A stretch of 64,000 bases of DNA from Balanoglossus misakiensis. Taxonomy: Eukaryota; Animalia; Hemichordata. A program made the position numbers and the translations under genes. Under the pieces are notes generated by a model. It saw nothing but the letters and a program-made list of their open reading frames with translations. It had not been told where the DNA came from and made no database searches. Position 1 is the stretch's first letter. The number at the start of each line of letters is the position of its first letter. This document shows, piece by piece, positions 10,870 to 22,500 of this stretch. The DNA is taken from contig CM082577.2 in the NCBI GenBank assembly GCA_040954595.2, positions 18,760,303-18,824,302 of the forward strand. The letters run 5' to 3'.

Positions 10870-12845
10870 TTCTACCTCACGATGACGTCAGTCAGGGATC
10901 CCGTGAGATTGCACAAATCTCCCATGATTCAGTGCGCATTCTACCCTTTTCAGTCTAGGCGTACTTTATCGGGGGTCCCCAAAAATTTGGGATTTCGCCA
11001 GAATTATTTACACTTTAAGTGAACCAAGTTCACGAGTGTGAAGATCGAAAATATTCAATCATTATACCTCAAAGAAATCTGTGAAAATTTCACACATAAA
11101 GCCGAAAACGGCAAAACAGACGGCATGGCGAAGACCGCCAGCAGTGCGAATGAACTGTCTGCACTCGAGTTGGACGCTGACGCTGCTGTGAGACCCTTAT
11201 CAAGAGACTCCTCTCGTGCTATGACCAGAACCAATACTGTAGCTGGCAAAAGTAGGAAATCCGATAAGCCAACACAAGTTTCACGTGCAGATCGCAGACA
11301 AGAGATGATTAATATTACGTCCACTCGCAAGAACTCGAACTATGAGGAGCAAACAAATATGGCGCCTGTTCCATACAGCGCTGATGCTAACGGTGACGTC
11401 ATCGTCCCCGTCCAGACACAGAAGCCCGCGCCGGGGTTGCTGGACGGTACTGATAGAAATCACGTACCGATGGTTGCGGACATTCCGCTAACAACAGTGA
11501 CGACGTCAAACGAAAATGCAAACCACGATTTGACTACAATTTTAGGTCACTTTTCGGCTATGCAACAACAATCCATGCAAGCCTTTGCACAGGTCATGTC
11601 CGATACTATGCACAAGACATTAGCCGAAGCCCTAACAGATGGCAATCGCAAACGTCCCGCTGGGCCAGGGAATGAAAATCATGACAGAAACATTGGAGGT
11701 AAGAGACCAAAAATTCCAATCAGCGGAGATGAACACGAGATTCAAAGACTTTCAGTTTTGGCAAATGAATATGATGGGACTAATCACAAAGTGGAAAGCG
11801 TATCGGCCCATTCAAACGCTGAGGAAGATATCGATACAATAGTATCAAACATGATCGAATCGGAAATTCAGCAGACAACACAGTTGCAACAGGATGTAAC
11901 TGCTGATACAGGGGATGAAACCGACAACGAAAGTGCATCGGTTGGGCTGGGACAAGCCTCAGATAACTGGCTCAGTGACCTTGCCCAAGAACTTGATTTG
12001 GAGGACAACAAATTTGGGCCTCCAGTTGTAACAAAATTGGCTGAAATAGCCAACAAAATGATGACGACACCCCTGGGGAAAGATTGCTTGAAGGAGAAAT
12101 TTAAGCAATACTATGCGCCTGAGAATTGTGACAAAGTCGTGGTGGCCAAAGTCAACAAAGAAATCTGGTACAAAGTAAAACCAGAAACAAGGTCTCGTGA
12201 CATTAAGTTACAGGCTGTGCAAAAGTGCATGATCAAAGCCATGATACCAGTATTGCAAATAACTGATGGTTTACTTCACGCCAAGAAATCAGTTACAAAG
12301 GTCGATGTTTCCAAAACTGTGAAGCAGCTCACAGATTCCCTTGCCTTCTTGGGTCAAGGATGTTGGGAGATAAACCAAAGACGTAGAGCCATGATAAGGC
12401 CTGACCTTAATCGCCAATATCAGCAACTCTGCTCCAAACAAGTACCACTGACAACATTCCTCTTCGGAGATGATCTTGCAAAGCAAGTGAATGACATCAA
12501 AACCACCAACCGGGTTAGCTCCAAGTTGTCAGGCAACCACAAATATAAAACTGTACAAGGCTATGGTCGTGGTGGCGGTTTCCGGGGCAACTACCAAAAT
12601 GCAAGAGGAAAAAACTCTTACCCCTTCCGCAGAAAGCAGCAACATCATAATGCTCCCTTGTGGAAGAGAGGGACAGAGGGCCAAAAGTAGTGGACATGCC
12701 CCAGGTTAGTGATGAAGGTGAGCACAAATACACAGAAAACGTGCCAGTCAAGCCATTTGAGGCAGGTGCACTGAGACAATATGTAAATAAATTTTGACCA
12801 TGGTACAAGGTTGCGAAATTGAATTTGTGAAATCACCATGGCAAA
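10870..12845 (+). mobile_element. 5' part of a DIRS1-like tyrosine-recombinase retrotransposon (ORF1 plus RT N-terminus), truncated
   Basis: Diverges from the uninterrupted flank (compare ~13230) at ttctacctcac. It carries a DIRS-type ORF1 followed by the RT N-terminal remnant FEAGALRQY...ILTMVQGCEIEFVKSPWQ, which is fused to an LTR-A fragment. Confidence 0.75.
11125..12690 (+). CDS. DIRS1-like ORF1/Gag-like protein (521 aa from the first ATG; open from GTG 11038)
   Basis: Motif series PENC..VNKEIW..DIKLQAVQ..INQRRRAMIRPDL..LC..TTFLFGDDL, with a disordered N-terminal half and an RGG/basic C-terminus. Confidence 0.75.
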   Translation: MAKTASSANELSALELDADAAVRPLSRDSSRAMTRTNTVAGKSRKSDKPTQVSRADRRQEMINITSTRKNSNYEEQTNMAPVPYSADANGDVIVPVQTQKPAPGLLDGTDRNHVPMVADIPLTTVTTSNENANHDLTTILGHFSAMQQQSMQAFAQVMSDTMHKTLAEALTDGNRKRPAGPGNENHDRNIGGKRPKIPISGDEHEIQRLSVLANEYDGTNHKVESVSAHSNAEEDIDTIVSNMIESEIQQTTQLQQDVTADTGDETDNESASVGLGQASDNWLSDLAQELDLEDNKFGPPVVTKLAEIANKMMTTPLGKDCLKEKFKQYYAPENCDKVVVAKVNKEIWYKVKPETRSRDIKLQAVQKCMIKAMIPVLQITDGLLHAKKSVTKVDVSKTVKQLTDSLAFLGQGCWEINQRRRAMIRPDLNRQYQQLCSKQVPLTTFLFGDDLAKQVNDIKTTNRVSSKLSGNHKYKTVQGYGRGGGFRGNYQNARGKNSYPFRRKQQHHNAPLWKRGTEGQK

Positions 12846-13012
12846 CCCAAGAGAGCGAGAATGAGGTGTATCCCCAGCAAAAGTAGCCCGCCCCAACTAT
12901 TACCCAATCAGCACGAATGTGAAGTTCACGTGATATAGTCCGGCCAATCACAGTTCCAGCCTACTTCCTGATAGGCTCAAGCAGCGGTAACTTTGCAAGG
13001 TTTTCCATGACA
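12843..13012 (-). repeat. Partial Gypsy A LTR followed by a duplicated flank
   Basis: aaacccaagagagcgag...ccatgaca matches 10481-10650, and the following ~220 bp repeat 10651-10870. Copies lie at 28249-28418 and 51718-51887. Confidence 0.9.
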
Positions 13013-13404
13013 TTATTGTGATATATAGGTGAGAAATATATTGGAAAATGTCTTCATTACAAAAATATGTCATGAAATTATTGACTAGCAAGAACCATGT
13101 GTATATGTATGGCCAAGGGGAAATTTTTAACTTCTAGTTCTGAACATTAACGTTATTGCGCAGGCTACTGTAACCACATTCAAATAATACATACAATTTT
13201 CTGTTGCACCAGTGCTTTGACCTTACAGTAATTAATTACTACTACACAGGTCAGGAACACTGAGAAGGCGGCCTTAAATTATGCATTTACATTTGAGGAA
13301 TTTTTTGCCCATTTGTTATGATGTAACTTTCAATATTTCTTGTTGTAGTATGAAATTTTCAATGTCAAAAAGTGATCAGACAACACCTGTAGCTAAAAAT
13401 CTAT

Positions 13405-14093
13405 TTGGTATTGGTACATTTCGGATATATCTAAATTGTACCAATTTTAGTCTAGAAATATGTATACCTTAGGTAGCTTTTGTTTTCAAACAAATGGTTC
13501 ATAAGGTATACCTTATTTATGGTTAATTTGGTATACCTATTTATGGCAAAACGACCAAATCCAAGATTTTTTTTCCAACCGAATGAGGCATTTCAGGAAT
13601 ACCTAAATAGTACCTTTTCAATCGAAAAAGTATATATTTGGTATACTAATTAGTTAATTTAAAGACCAAATATGGACTACCTAAGATAGCCCTTTTTTAA
13701 AACAATAGGTACATTTTAAGTATACCTAAATAGTACCTATTTAGTCCGGGAAAGTATACCTTAGGTATATTTCTAGTGTACTAGAATTTCGTAAGGGTGT
13801 TCCTGCACACCACCCTATTGCTGCACAGTTCCTGCACAGGCTACCCTATTGCTGCACAGTTCCTGCACACAGGCCATCTTACTACTGCACAGTTCTTGCA
13901 GACTGTCCTATTCCTGCACAGTTACCGCTTGCCTTGTTCCTGCACTAGTGCAGCAACACCTCATTTGCATGCGAAAAGTCGCCTTGCAGCAGAGCTGCAG
14001 CAACTTTCTATTGCACCGGTGCTGCAACCTTGTGGTATTGCTACTGCACCAGTGCAGCAACACTGTGCAGGAGGCCTTAAATTTTCATAAGGG
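13405..14093. repeat. Two short-motif-rich non-autonomous DNA-transposon-like fragments (tatacct/aggta repeats, then ctgcacagttc repeats)
   Basis: The first ends tttctagtg (CACTAGAAA on the minus strand, CACTA-like). The second is built of ctgcaca/tgcagc motifs and ends tttcataaggg. Both recur at ~16220-16910 and in every unit. Confidence 0.45.
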
Positions 14094-14425
14094 CTATAGG
14101 TATGCACATAATTAATGATGTTTGAATATGGTACTAGAAATGTACAGTACACTGATACACTGATCAGCTGACCTTTTGTTTACGCATACGCCATTGCTCC
14201 GTTCTCGATCTGTCCCAGAGTCTGAATTTTTCGCACCTATAGATTTTAAAGATTTTTGAAGTCTGCAAATTCACTGGCATTGACAAAACTATAACATAAT
14301 AAGTATAATGTACGCCCCATAATGTACTTGGCATTCGCCTCGCACATTAGGTTGCACAATGTGTGCTTTCGTCCATTATGGGTCTTCGGGGCGTACATTA
14401 TTCTCTAACCAATGATCATTGCTCA

Positions 14426-14898
<473 letters not shown>

Positions 14899-15060
14899 CT
14901 GTTGAGGGTAAAGTAGAGAACACAAGTGATTTGGCTTACAGACTGACCAACACAGACGTGGACAAGGGTGTTATGTCCATGAAAATCTACCTAAATATGT
15001 ACATTCGCAATGGCAGAATTCATGAATGTTCCTGCAAACATCTTCAAAGAGCTCCATTAA

Positions 15061-15693
15061 CCCTTTGAACATCGCTCGGAGGTTTACCGCCGCAGGATGA
15101 CCTTTTGACCCATAATTTTTCAATATGCTGACGTCAAGGCATTTTCCCGCCGACATTGTAAATCCAGCCATATGAAAGCAAGTTAAAAAGCTAGGGGACC
15201 CTAATGTGACCTTCCAAATGACTTGAAATTGATTCCTATGCGAGCGACTACATAAAAAATAGTGATATCCAAGCAGCGATTTTTAGCGAAAGTTGACAGA
15301 GATTTAAAAATGGCGACCCGACGATAGTTACGCATTGATCCATTGCAAGATGAGGATGCTTTCTGGGCTCATTTTGACCGAGTACTAGTAGATAGTAGCT
15401 CAGAAAGTGAAGATGAAGAACAAGACCAGCCTGACATCGTTATGGACCAAGATGGTGACCCCAACCGCGCGAACGATGAAGAAGAATTTGAGCCAGAGCC
15501 CGCGATCCAGCCACCCCCACCAGTTCGGCAACGAGTGAGAAGACTGCCCCGAGCCCGCGAAGTAAACCCACCACCTATGATATGGCAGGGCATCATAATA
15601 AACGGTAGGCAGGCTCCTATTTATAATCAACGACGTGGACCGACGAGACAAATGCCAACTGACAGTACACCATTAGATTATTTTCGGACATAA
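15061..15693 (+). mobile_element. piggyBac-like transposon 5' end with truncated transposase N-terminus
   Basis: TTAA|CCCTTTG terminus. An ATG at 15310 is followed by an early TAG, an acidic tract (DSSSESEDEE) and W...GP...TPLDYF, typical of PGBD transposase N-termini. No 3' terminal repeat was seen. Confidence 0.7.
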
Positions 15694-17242
15694 AGTCATC
15701 GTCATCGTCGTGTCGTGTCACAATCATTATTTTGGACATATGCTTACTGTGTGATGAAAGGTGAGAGCGCAGTCAAAAGGTCGGGCTGAATAATACAGAG
15801 ACTCTGAAAATATGGTACCTTATTCTTATCAAACATGTTGATGGATATTTTGACAATTGTGACATGTGAACATTTACAAAAAAATGAAATAAATTTGCTT
15901 CAAACTCATTGGCAAAACAAGGACATGGAGTTGTTGTATATTTGTTATTATTGAGATATATAGGTGAGCAATATATTGGAAAATATCTTCATTACAAAAA
16001 TATGTCGTGAAATTATTGACTAGCAAGAACCATGTGTATATGTATGGCCAAGGAGAAATTTTTAACTTCTAGTTCTGAACATTAACGTTATTGCGCAGGC
16101 TACTGTAACCACATTCAAATAATACACACAATTTTCTGTTGCACCAGTGCTTTGACCTTACAGTAATTAATTACTACTACACAGGTCAGGAACACTGAGA
16201 AGGCGGTCTTAAATTATGCATTTGGTATTGGTACATTTCGGATATATCTAAATTGTACCAATTTTAGTCTAGAAATATGTATACCTTAGGTAGCTTTTGT
16301 TTTCAAACAAATGGTTCATTAGGTATACCTAAATTATGGTTCATTGGGTATACCTATTTATGGCAAAACGACCAAATCCAAGATTTTTTTTAAACCGAAA
16401 GAGGCATTTCAGGAATACCTAAATAGTACCTTTTCAATCGAAAAAGTAAACTTTTGGTATACCAATTAGTAAATTTAAAGACCAAATCTGGACTACCTAA
16501 GGTAGCCCTTTTTTAAAGCAATACGTACATTTTAAGTATACCTAAATAGTACCTATTTAGTCCGGGAAAGTATACCTTAGGTATATTTCTAGTGTACCAG
16601 AATTTCGTAAGGGTGTTCCTGCACACCACCCTATTGCTGCACAGTTCCTGCACAGGCCACCCTATTGCTGCACAGTTCCTGCACACAGGCCATCTTACTA
16701 CTGCACAGTTCTTGCAGACTGTCCTATTCCTGCACAGTTACCGCTTGCCTTGTTCCTGCACTAGTGCAGCAACACCTCATTTGCATGCGAAAAAGTCGCC
16801 TTGCAGCAGAGCTGCAGCAACTTTCTATTGCAACGGTGCTGCAACCTTGTGGTATTGCTACTGCACCAGTGCAGCAACACTGTGCAGGAGGCCTTAAATT
16901 TTCATAAGGGCTATAGGTATGCACATAATTAACGATGTTTGAATATGATACTAGAAATGTACAGTACACTGATACACTGATCAGCTGACCTTTTGTTTAC
17001 GCATACGCCATTGCTCCGTTCTCGATCTGTCTCAGAGTCTGAATTTTTCGCACCTATAGATTATAAAGATTTTTGAAGTCTGCAAATTCACTGGCATTGA
17101 CAAAACTATAACATAATAAGTATAATGTACGCCCCATAATGTACTCGGCATTCGCCTCGCACATTATGTTGCACAATGTGTGCTTTCGTCCATTATGGGT
17201 CTTCGGGGCATACATTATTCTCTAACCAATGATCATTGCTCA

Positions 17243-17721
<479 letters not shown>

Positions 17722-17900
17722 CTGTTGAGGGTAAAGTAGAGAACACAAGTGATTTGGCTTACAGACTGACCAACACAGACGTGGACAAAGGTGGTATGTC
17801 CATGAAAATCTACCTAAATATGTACATTCGCAATGTCAGAATTCATGAATGTTCCTGCAAACATCTTCAAAGAGCTACCTTGACTACCCAGTGACATTAA

Positions 17901-19085
17901 AGAGGAACGACACCCACAATTTTGGGCTTCAAAGTACAAACCGGGTGTCAAAAACGGCAACGTTCCGATGGGTTAATTCACTTTCACTTCCTGCGCAAGC
18001 AGAAGACGCGAGTTGAAAATACTACAGTGACGTCAGCAACTTGCGTAGCAGTCAACGCGTAGCACTCTTACACATTCGACGTGTCATTTCCAATAAACAG
18101 ACACATTTTGCGCGGATCTGACATGGCGAAATGTCAAGTTCATGATTTTAAAAACATATTCGGAAAATCGACGGGGATAAGTTTCTTTCAAAGGCAATGC
18201 TCTACGTGTATTGTATTTGTCAATGCGTGCAGACATAGACCCTGCAATGTCCACGATGCCATGCATGTCGACGTTTATGAACAAACCGTAAGGCCTATAC
18301 AAAGTTGTTCTAACTGCCGCTGATAATAATAAACGTACCGTTTTAAATCTTTCCTGCACGTTTTTTGGTACACGTATTTGGGTTTAATTTCCATTTATTG
18401 ACGATCGCATAGTTATCAAATGAAAGCAACTAAAAAGGGCAGTTTTAATACATTTCAAGAGACGAAACATGCATAGAATAACTATGGTATTGGCTTCCAT
18501 TATACTACGGACGTACTACACCTGGACAGCAGGACGATGCACCCGCGTTCTTTTCAACTCCATAAAAGGTGGCAAAGTATTTTTGTAAGAAAAGTGGTTC
18601 GAAAAGGTGACAACGAGTGAGAGACAACAAGGGAGGGTATTGTTAATAGCATTGTCTGTTTCACCATAGACCCTAGGGTCTATGGTTTCACTGAAACCAC
18701 ACCAAGTGTAAGCCTTGACAAATGGGAAACATCGGAGATGATCAGAACTGCATGAACTTTTGTCCTCTGTAAAATTCAGTCTCTTGGTCGTAGAAGGGAA
18801 TCTCTGGTTCAAAATTGTAGCCTACTACCCGAGAATATGTTGCTATGCTAACGTCGTCGGTCGCGTGAGTGCAGGCGTGTATAAGCATAAGCTCGCTCCA
18901 ACGCGTCGGCAGCGGACAACGGTACCACAAGTTGCTGACGTCACTCACTTCCGGGTTCGCGCAGTTTTTGGCTGGCTGTAGCTCTGTTATGCGTAAGTGA
19001 AAGTGAATGAAACCAACGTTTTTCATAGTATTTTTTTAATCGCATTTCGCAGAATTGGCTCAAAAACGGATCACAACGTTCCACT
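17901..19085. mobile_element. Non-autonomous Kolobok-like DNA transposon (1,185 bp)
   Basis: Termini TTAA|AGAGGAACG ... CGTTCCACT|TTAA, with subterminal inverted blocks attcactttcactt and gtgacgtcagcaacttg. A THAP-like start (MAKCQVHD.KN..GKSTGISFF) is on plus and a GYNFEPE-containing remnant on minus. The element is absent at the paralogous site 15057-15060. Confidence 0.72.
18665..18684. mobile_element. 20-bp palindromic P-element-type mini-element or excision footprint
   Basis: CATAGACCCTAGGGTCTATG is a perfect palindrome flanked by the 7-bp direct repeat GTTTCAC (18658-18664, 18685-18691). Copies lie at 42146-42165 and 57540-57559. Confidence 0.6.
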
Positions 19086-19089
19086 TTAA

Positions 19090-19599
19090 CCCTTTGAACC
19101 CCGCTCAGAGGTTTACCGCCGCAGGATGACCTTTTGACCCCTAATTTTTCAATATGCTGACGTCAAGGCATTTTCCCGCCGACATTGTAAATCCAGCCAT
19201 ATGAAAGCAAGTTAGGAAGCTAGGGGACCCTAATGTGACCTTCCAAATGACTTGAAATCGATTCCTATGCGAGCGACTACATAAAAAATAGTGATATCCA
19301 AGCAGCGATTTTTAGCGAAAGTTGACAGAGATTTAAAAATTGCGACCCGACGACAGTTACGCAATGATCCATTGCAAGACGAGGATGCTTTCTGGGCTCA
19401 TTTTGACCGAGTACTAGTAGATAGTAGCTCAGAAAGTGAAGATGAAGAACAAGACCAGCCTGACATCGTTACGGACCAAGATGGTGACCCCAACCGCGCG
19501 AACGATGAAGAAGAATTTGAGCCAGAGCCCGCGATCCAGCCACCCCCACCAGTTCGGCAACGAGTGAGAAGACTGCCCCGTGCCCGCGAAGTAAACCCA
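19090..19599 (+). mobile_element. piggyBac-like 5' end (second copy), fused by deletion to a Gypsy A LTR
   Basis: TTAA|CCCTTTG terminus, ATG mutated to ATT, and junction gtaaaccca|ttacccaatc. Confidence 0.7.
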
Positions 19600-22500
19600 T
19601 TACCCAATCAGCACGAATGTGAAGTTAACGTGATATAGTCCGGCCAATCACAATTCCAGCCTACTTCCTGATAGGCTCAAGCAGCGGTAACTTTGCAAGG
19701 TTTTCCATGACATTCCCCCCAACTAGACTTGGTTACTCTCCGAGACCCAGTCATAGCAATCTAAACTACAATAACAAATGGAACACAGAAATCAATAATT
19801 CAAATACTAAGTCAAAAGAGCACATCACTGTTTCTGTTTTAAAGTCTTTGACTCTTAGTGTTCGAAGGTGCAGTTCAATCTACCTTCTGTCTCAGTAAAA
19901 TAAGTGTCCTTGTCAAATGGCACACGTATCCTGGTACCCATTTTGTTTTCTTCATCGTCAACAGGTGCTTGAAGTTTTCGTCCTCAACAGGCGCCTGTGA
20001 ATCCGTAGAAAAGCGTTGGCTTCCGGCTTCTTTTAGGGTATCTCTTAGGTGTATCTTCGTCTCTGATCATTTCCGGTTCAACCCCCGGTGGATCATCAGT
20101 GGTTACATCCAGGGTTTCTCCGCCTACTGCTTCATCTGCATCAGTGTCAAAGTAGTGTTCTTGGGTTTCCGGTGGGGAATCCTCTTGACCGCTGGCATAC
20201 GTCTTTCCATCAGCTGGCAATTTGTCAATAGGTTCTTCTGATTTTGGTCCACTTAGGGTCCTGGTGTCTGCTTTCTGGGTCTCTTCAAAGGGATCTTCAG
20301 GTCTGTTTTCTTGCACCCTCTCATCTAAGGGGGCAAGCTTCACTTTGTCTAGCCAGCCAGGTAGGCCAGGACCTGTGTATCCCTTCAGCTTCTCAAAGTG
20401 AACCACTTTAAACTTTGTCCGGGGCCCACGCTGGATCCGGTATACAACTTCAGTCAGTCTGTTCACCACCATATACGGTCCCTCATACGCCATCTGTAGT
20501 TTCGGGCTTTGACCCTTCTTCCTCCTTTCGTCTCTTAGCCAAACAAATTCACCAGGCTGGAAAGACTTATGAAGGGCATTACAATCGTAATATCTCTTAT
20601 AGGTCCTAGTACTTGCCTTCAACTGCTCTCTTGCCCGGTAATGGGCATTTCGCAACTTATCGCGCAGTTTAGCCACATAGTCACCCCCAGATTCCTCCTC
20701 AAATTCAATCTCAAATATCAGATCGATGGGCAGTGTCACCTCCCTACCCAGCATCATCATATTCGGAGTTTCACCTGTGGCTGGGTGTACCGAAGAGCGG
20801 TCGCCATTGTAGCGCAAGACAGATGTTGGTCCCAGTCTTTTTGGTATTTCAGGGGGTCCATATAAGACTTTATCGTAGACACAAGACAATGGTTAAATTT
20901 TTAAACCATCCCGTCTCCCTGTGGGTGTCAAGGCGTGGTGTATGTTTTGTCCACCCCTAGCAATTTGCAGACCTCCACGAATACTGACGAGATGAAATTT
21001 CGGCCTCTATCTGAATGTACCTCGTGAGGCATACCAAACCTACTGAAAAAATCGTCGACCAGTACCTTTGCCACTGTGGTTGCCATTGGAATAGGGAATG
21101 CCTCCATCCATTTGCTAAAATAGTCTCCGACAACCAATACCTTCAGGTAGCCATTGTAACTCTCCACAAATGGTCCCAGAACATCAATGGCCACCCTCTC
21201 CATGGGACACCCCACCACATACAATTGTAAGGGAGCCTTGTGCCTTTTACCAGGCACCCGCTTGCGTGAAACACACCTCACATGAACGCACCCACGATCT
21301 GACATCTACAGACATGCCATGCCAGTAATACCTCTGCCTCATCTTGTCAAGTGTTTTTGTCATCCCTAAGTGACCACCTGCGTTTGCATCATGCAACCCT
21401 CCAATCACCACATTACAGCCGACTCCCATCTCCTGTACAGCACGCCCCTGTAGACTATCAATTGTTCATACATAGCCCAGTATGCCTTCGTGGCTGCCGA
21501 ACACGGAGAGATCTCATTCCAGTCTAGTCGACTTTCCCTCCCCTCCCTAGCCTTCAAGACAACTGAAATATCAGGATCACTAAGTTGACAATCTCTAAGC
21601 TTTTCACTGGACCAAACGACTTCCCTGGCAACAACCTCTGCCTTTGTTGCCAAGGCATTCTCCCCAATGCCCTCCGCGGTTGGCCAGTCCTGTTCATCAC
21701 AGCTGCCAGGATCAAAATTTTCCCAATCACCTGGACAGCTGTCCTTGTTGTCATAGCCGTATCAAACAATCTGCAACCCTCTACTTTGGCATTTTTGTCC
21801 TGAGAACTGTCATCTAGTCTATCGGTCCCTCCACACTCTGGCAGTTCACGGTACAACTGTTCGAACCGTACAACACTATTTTGTCTCATCGATGGAGATT
21901 TGCATTCAAACTCTGGTGCAAGTGGATTCAACGCACCTGTACCATTAGTGGTGGTTGGTTCGTGTGCCATACCACACTGTTTGCACTCACGCACTGGTTT
22001 CCGAGATAGCGCATCAGCATTTCCATGGCGTACACCGGGACGATGGATACAGGCATAGTCAAAGCAACCGAGCGTCTCTAACCACCTCTGGGTTCTTGAA
22101 ATTAAGCAACCACACTAATGCAGCATGGTCAGTCCTCAGTGTGAATTTCTGGCCCAGTAAGTAGCGTTTGAAGTATTTTGTGTACTCGATTACAGCCAAC
22201 AGTTCACGACGCGTTACACAGTACTTCCTTTCAGCACCCGATAGCACTCGGCCCGCATAACTAACAGGTCTCTCTTGGCCACCCTGTACTTGGCTCAACA
22301 CTGCCCCTATGCCAATACCGCTAGCATCTGTATCCAGTATGAACTCACCCTTTTCCATCGGAAAAGCCAAAACTGGTGCCGATGTTAGTCTTGCCTTGAG
22401 CTGATCAAATGCGTTTTGACAATTCTCTGTCCAAGCAAATACAGAATCTTTCTTTGTTAAGTCATGAAGAGGACGGGCCAATACAGCAAACCCCTGTACA

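Noticed and set aside
13797-14152. Overlapping Cys/Gln/His-rich ORFs on both strands
   Set aside because: They arise from the ctgcacagttc low-complexity repeat, and their frames change between paralogous copies.
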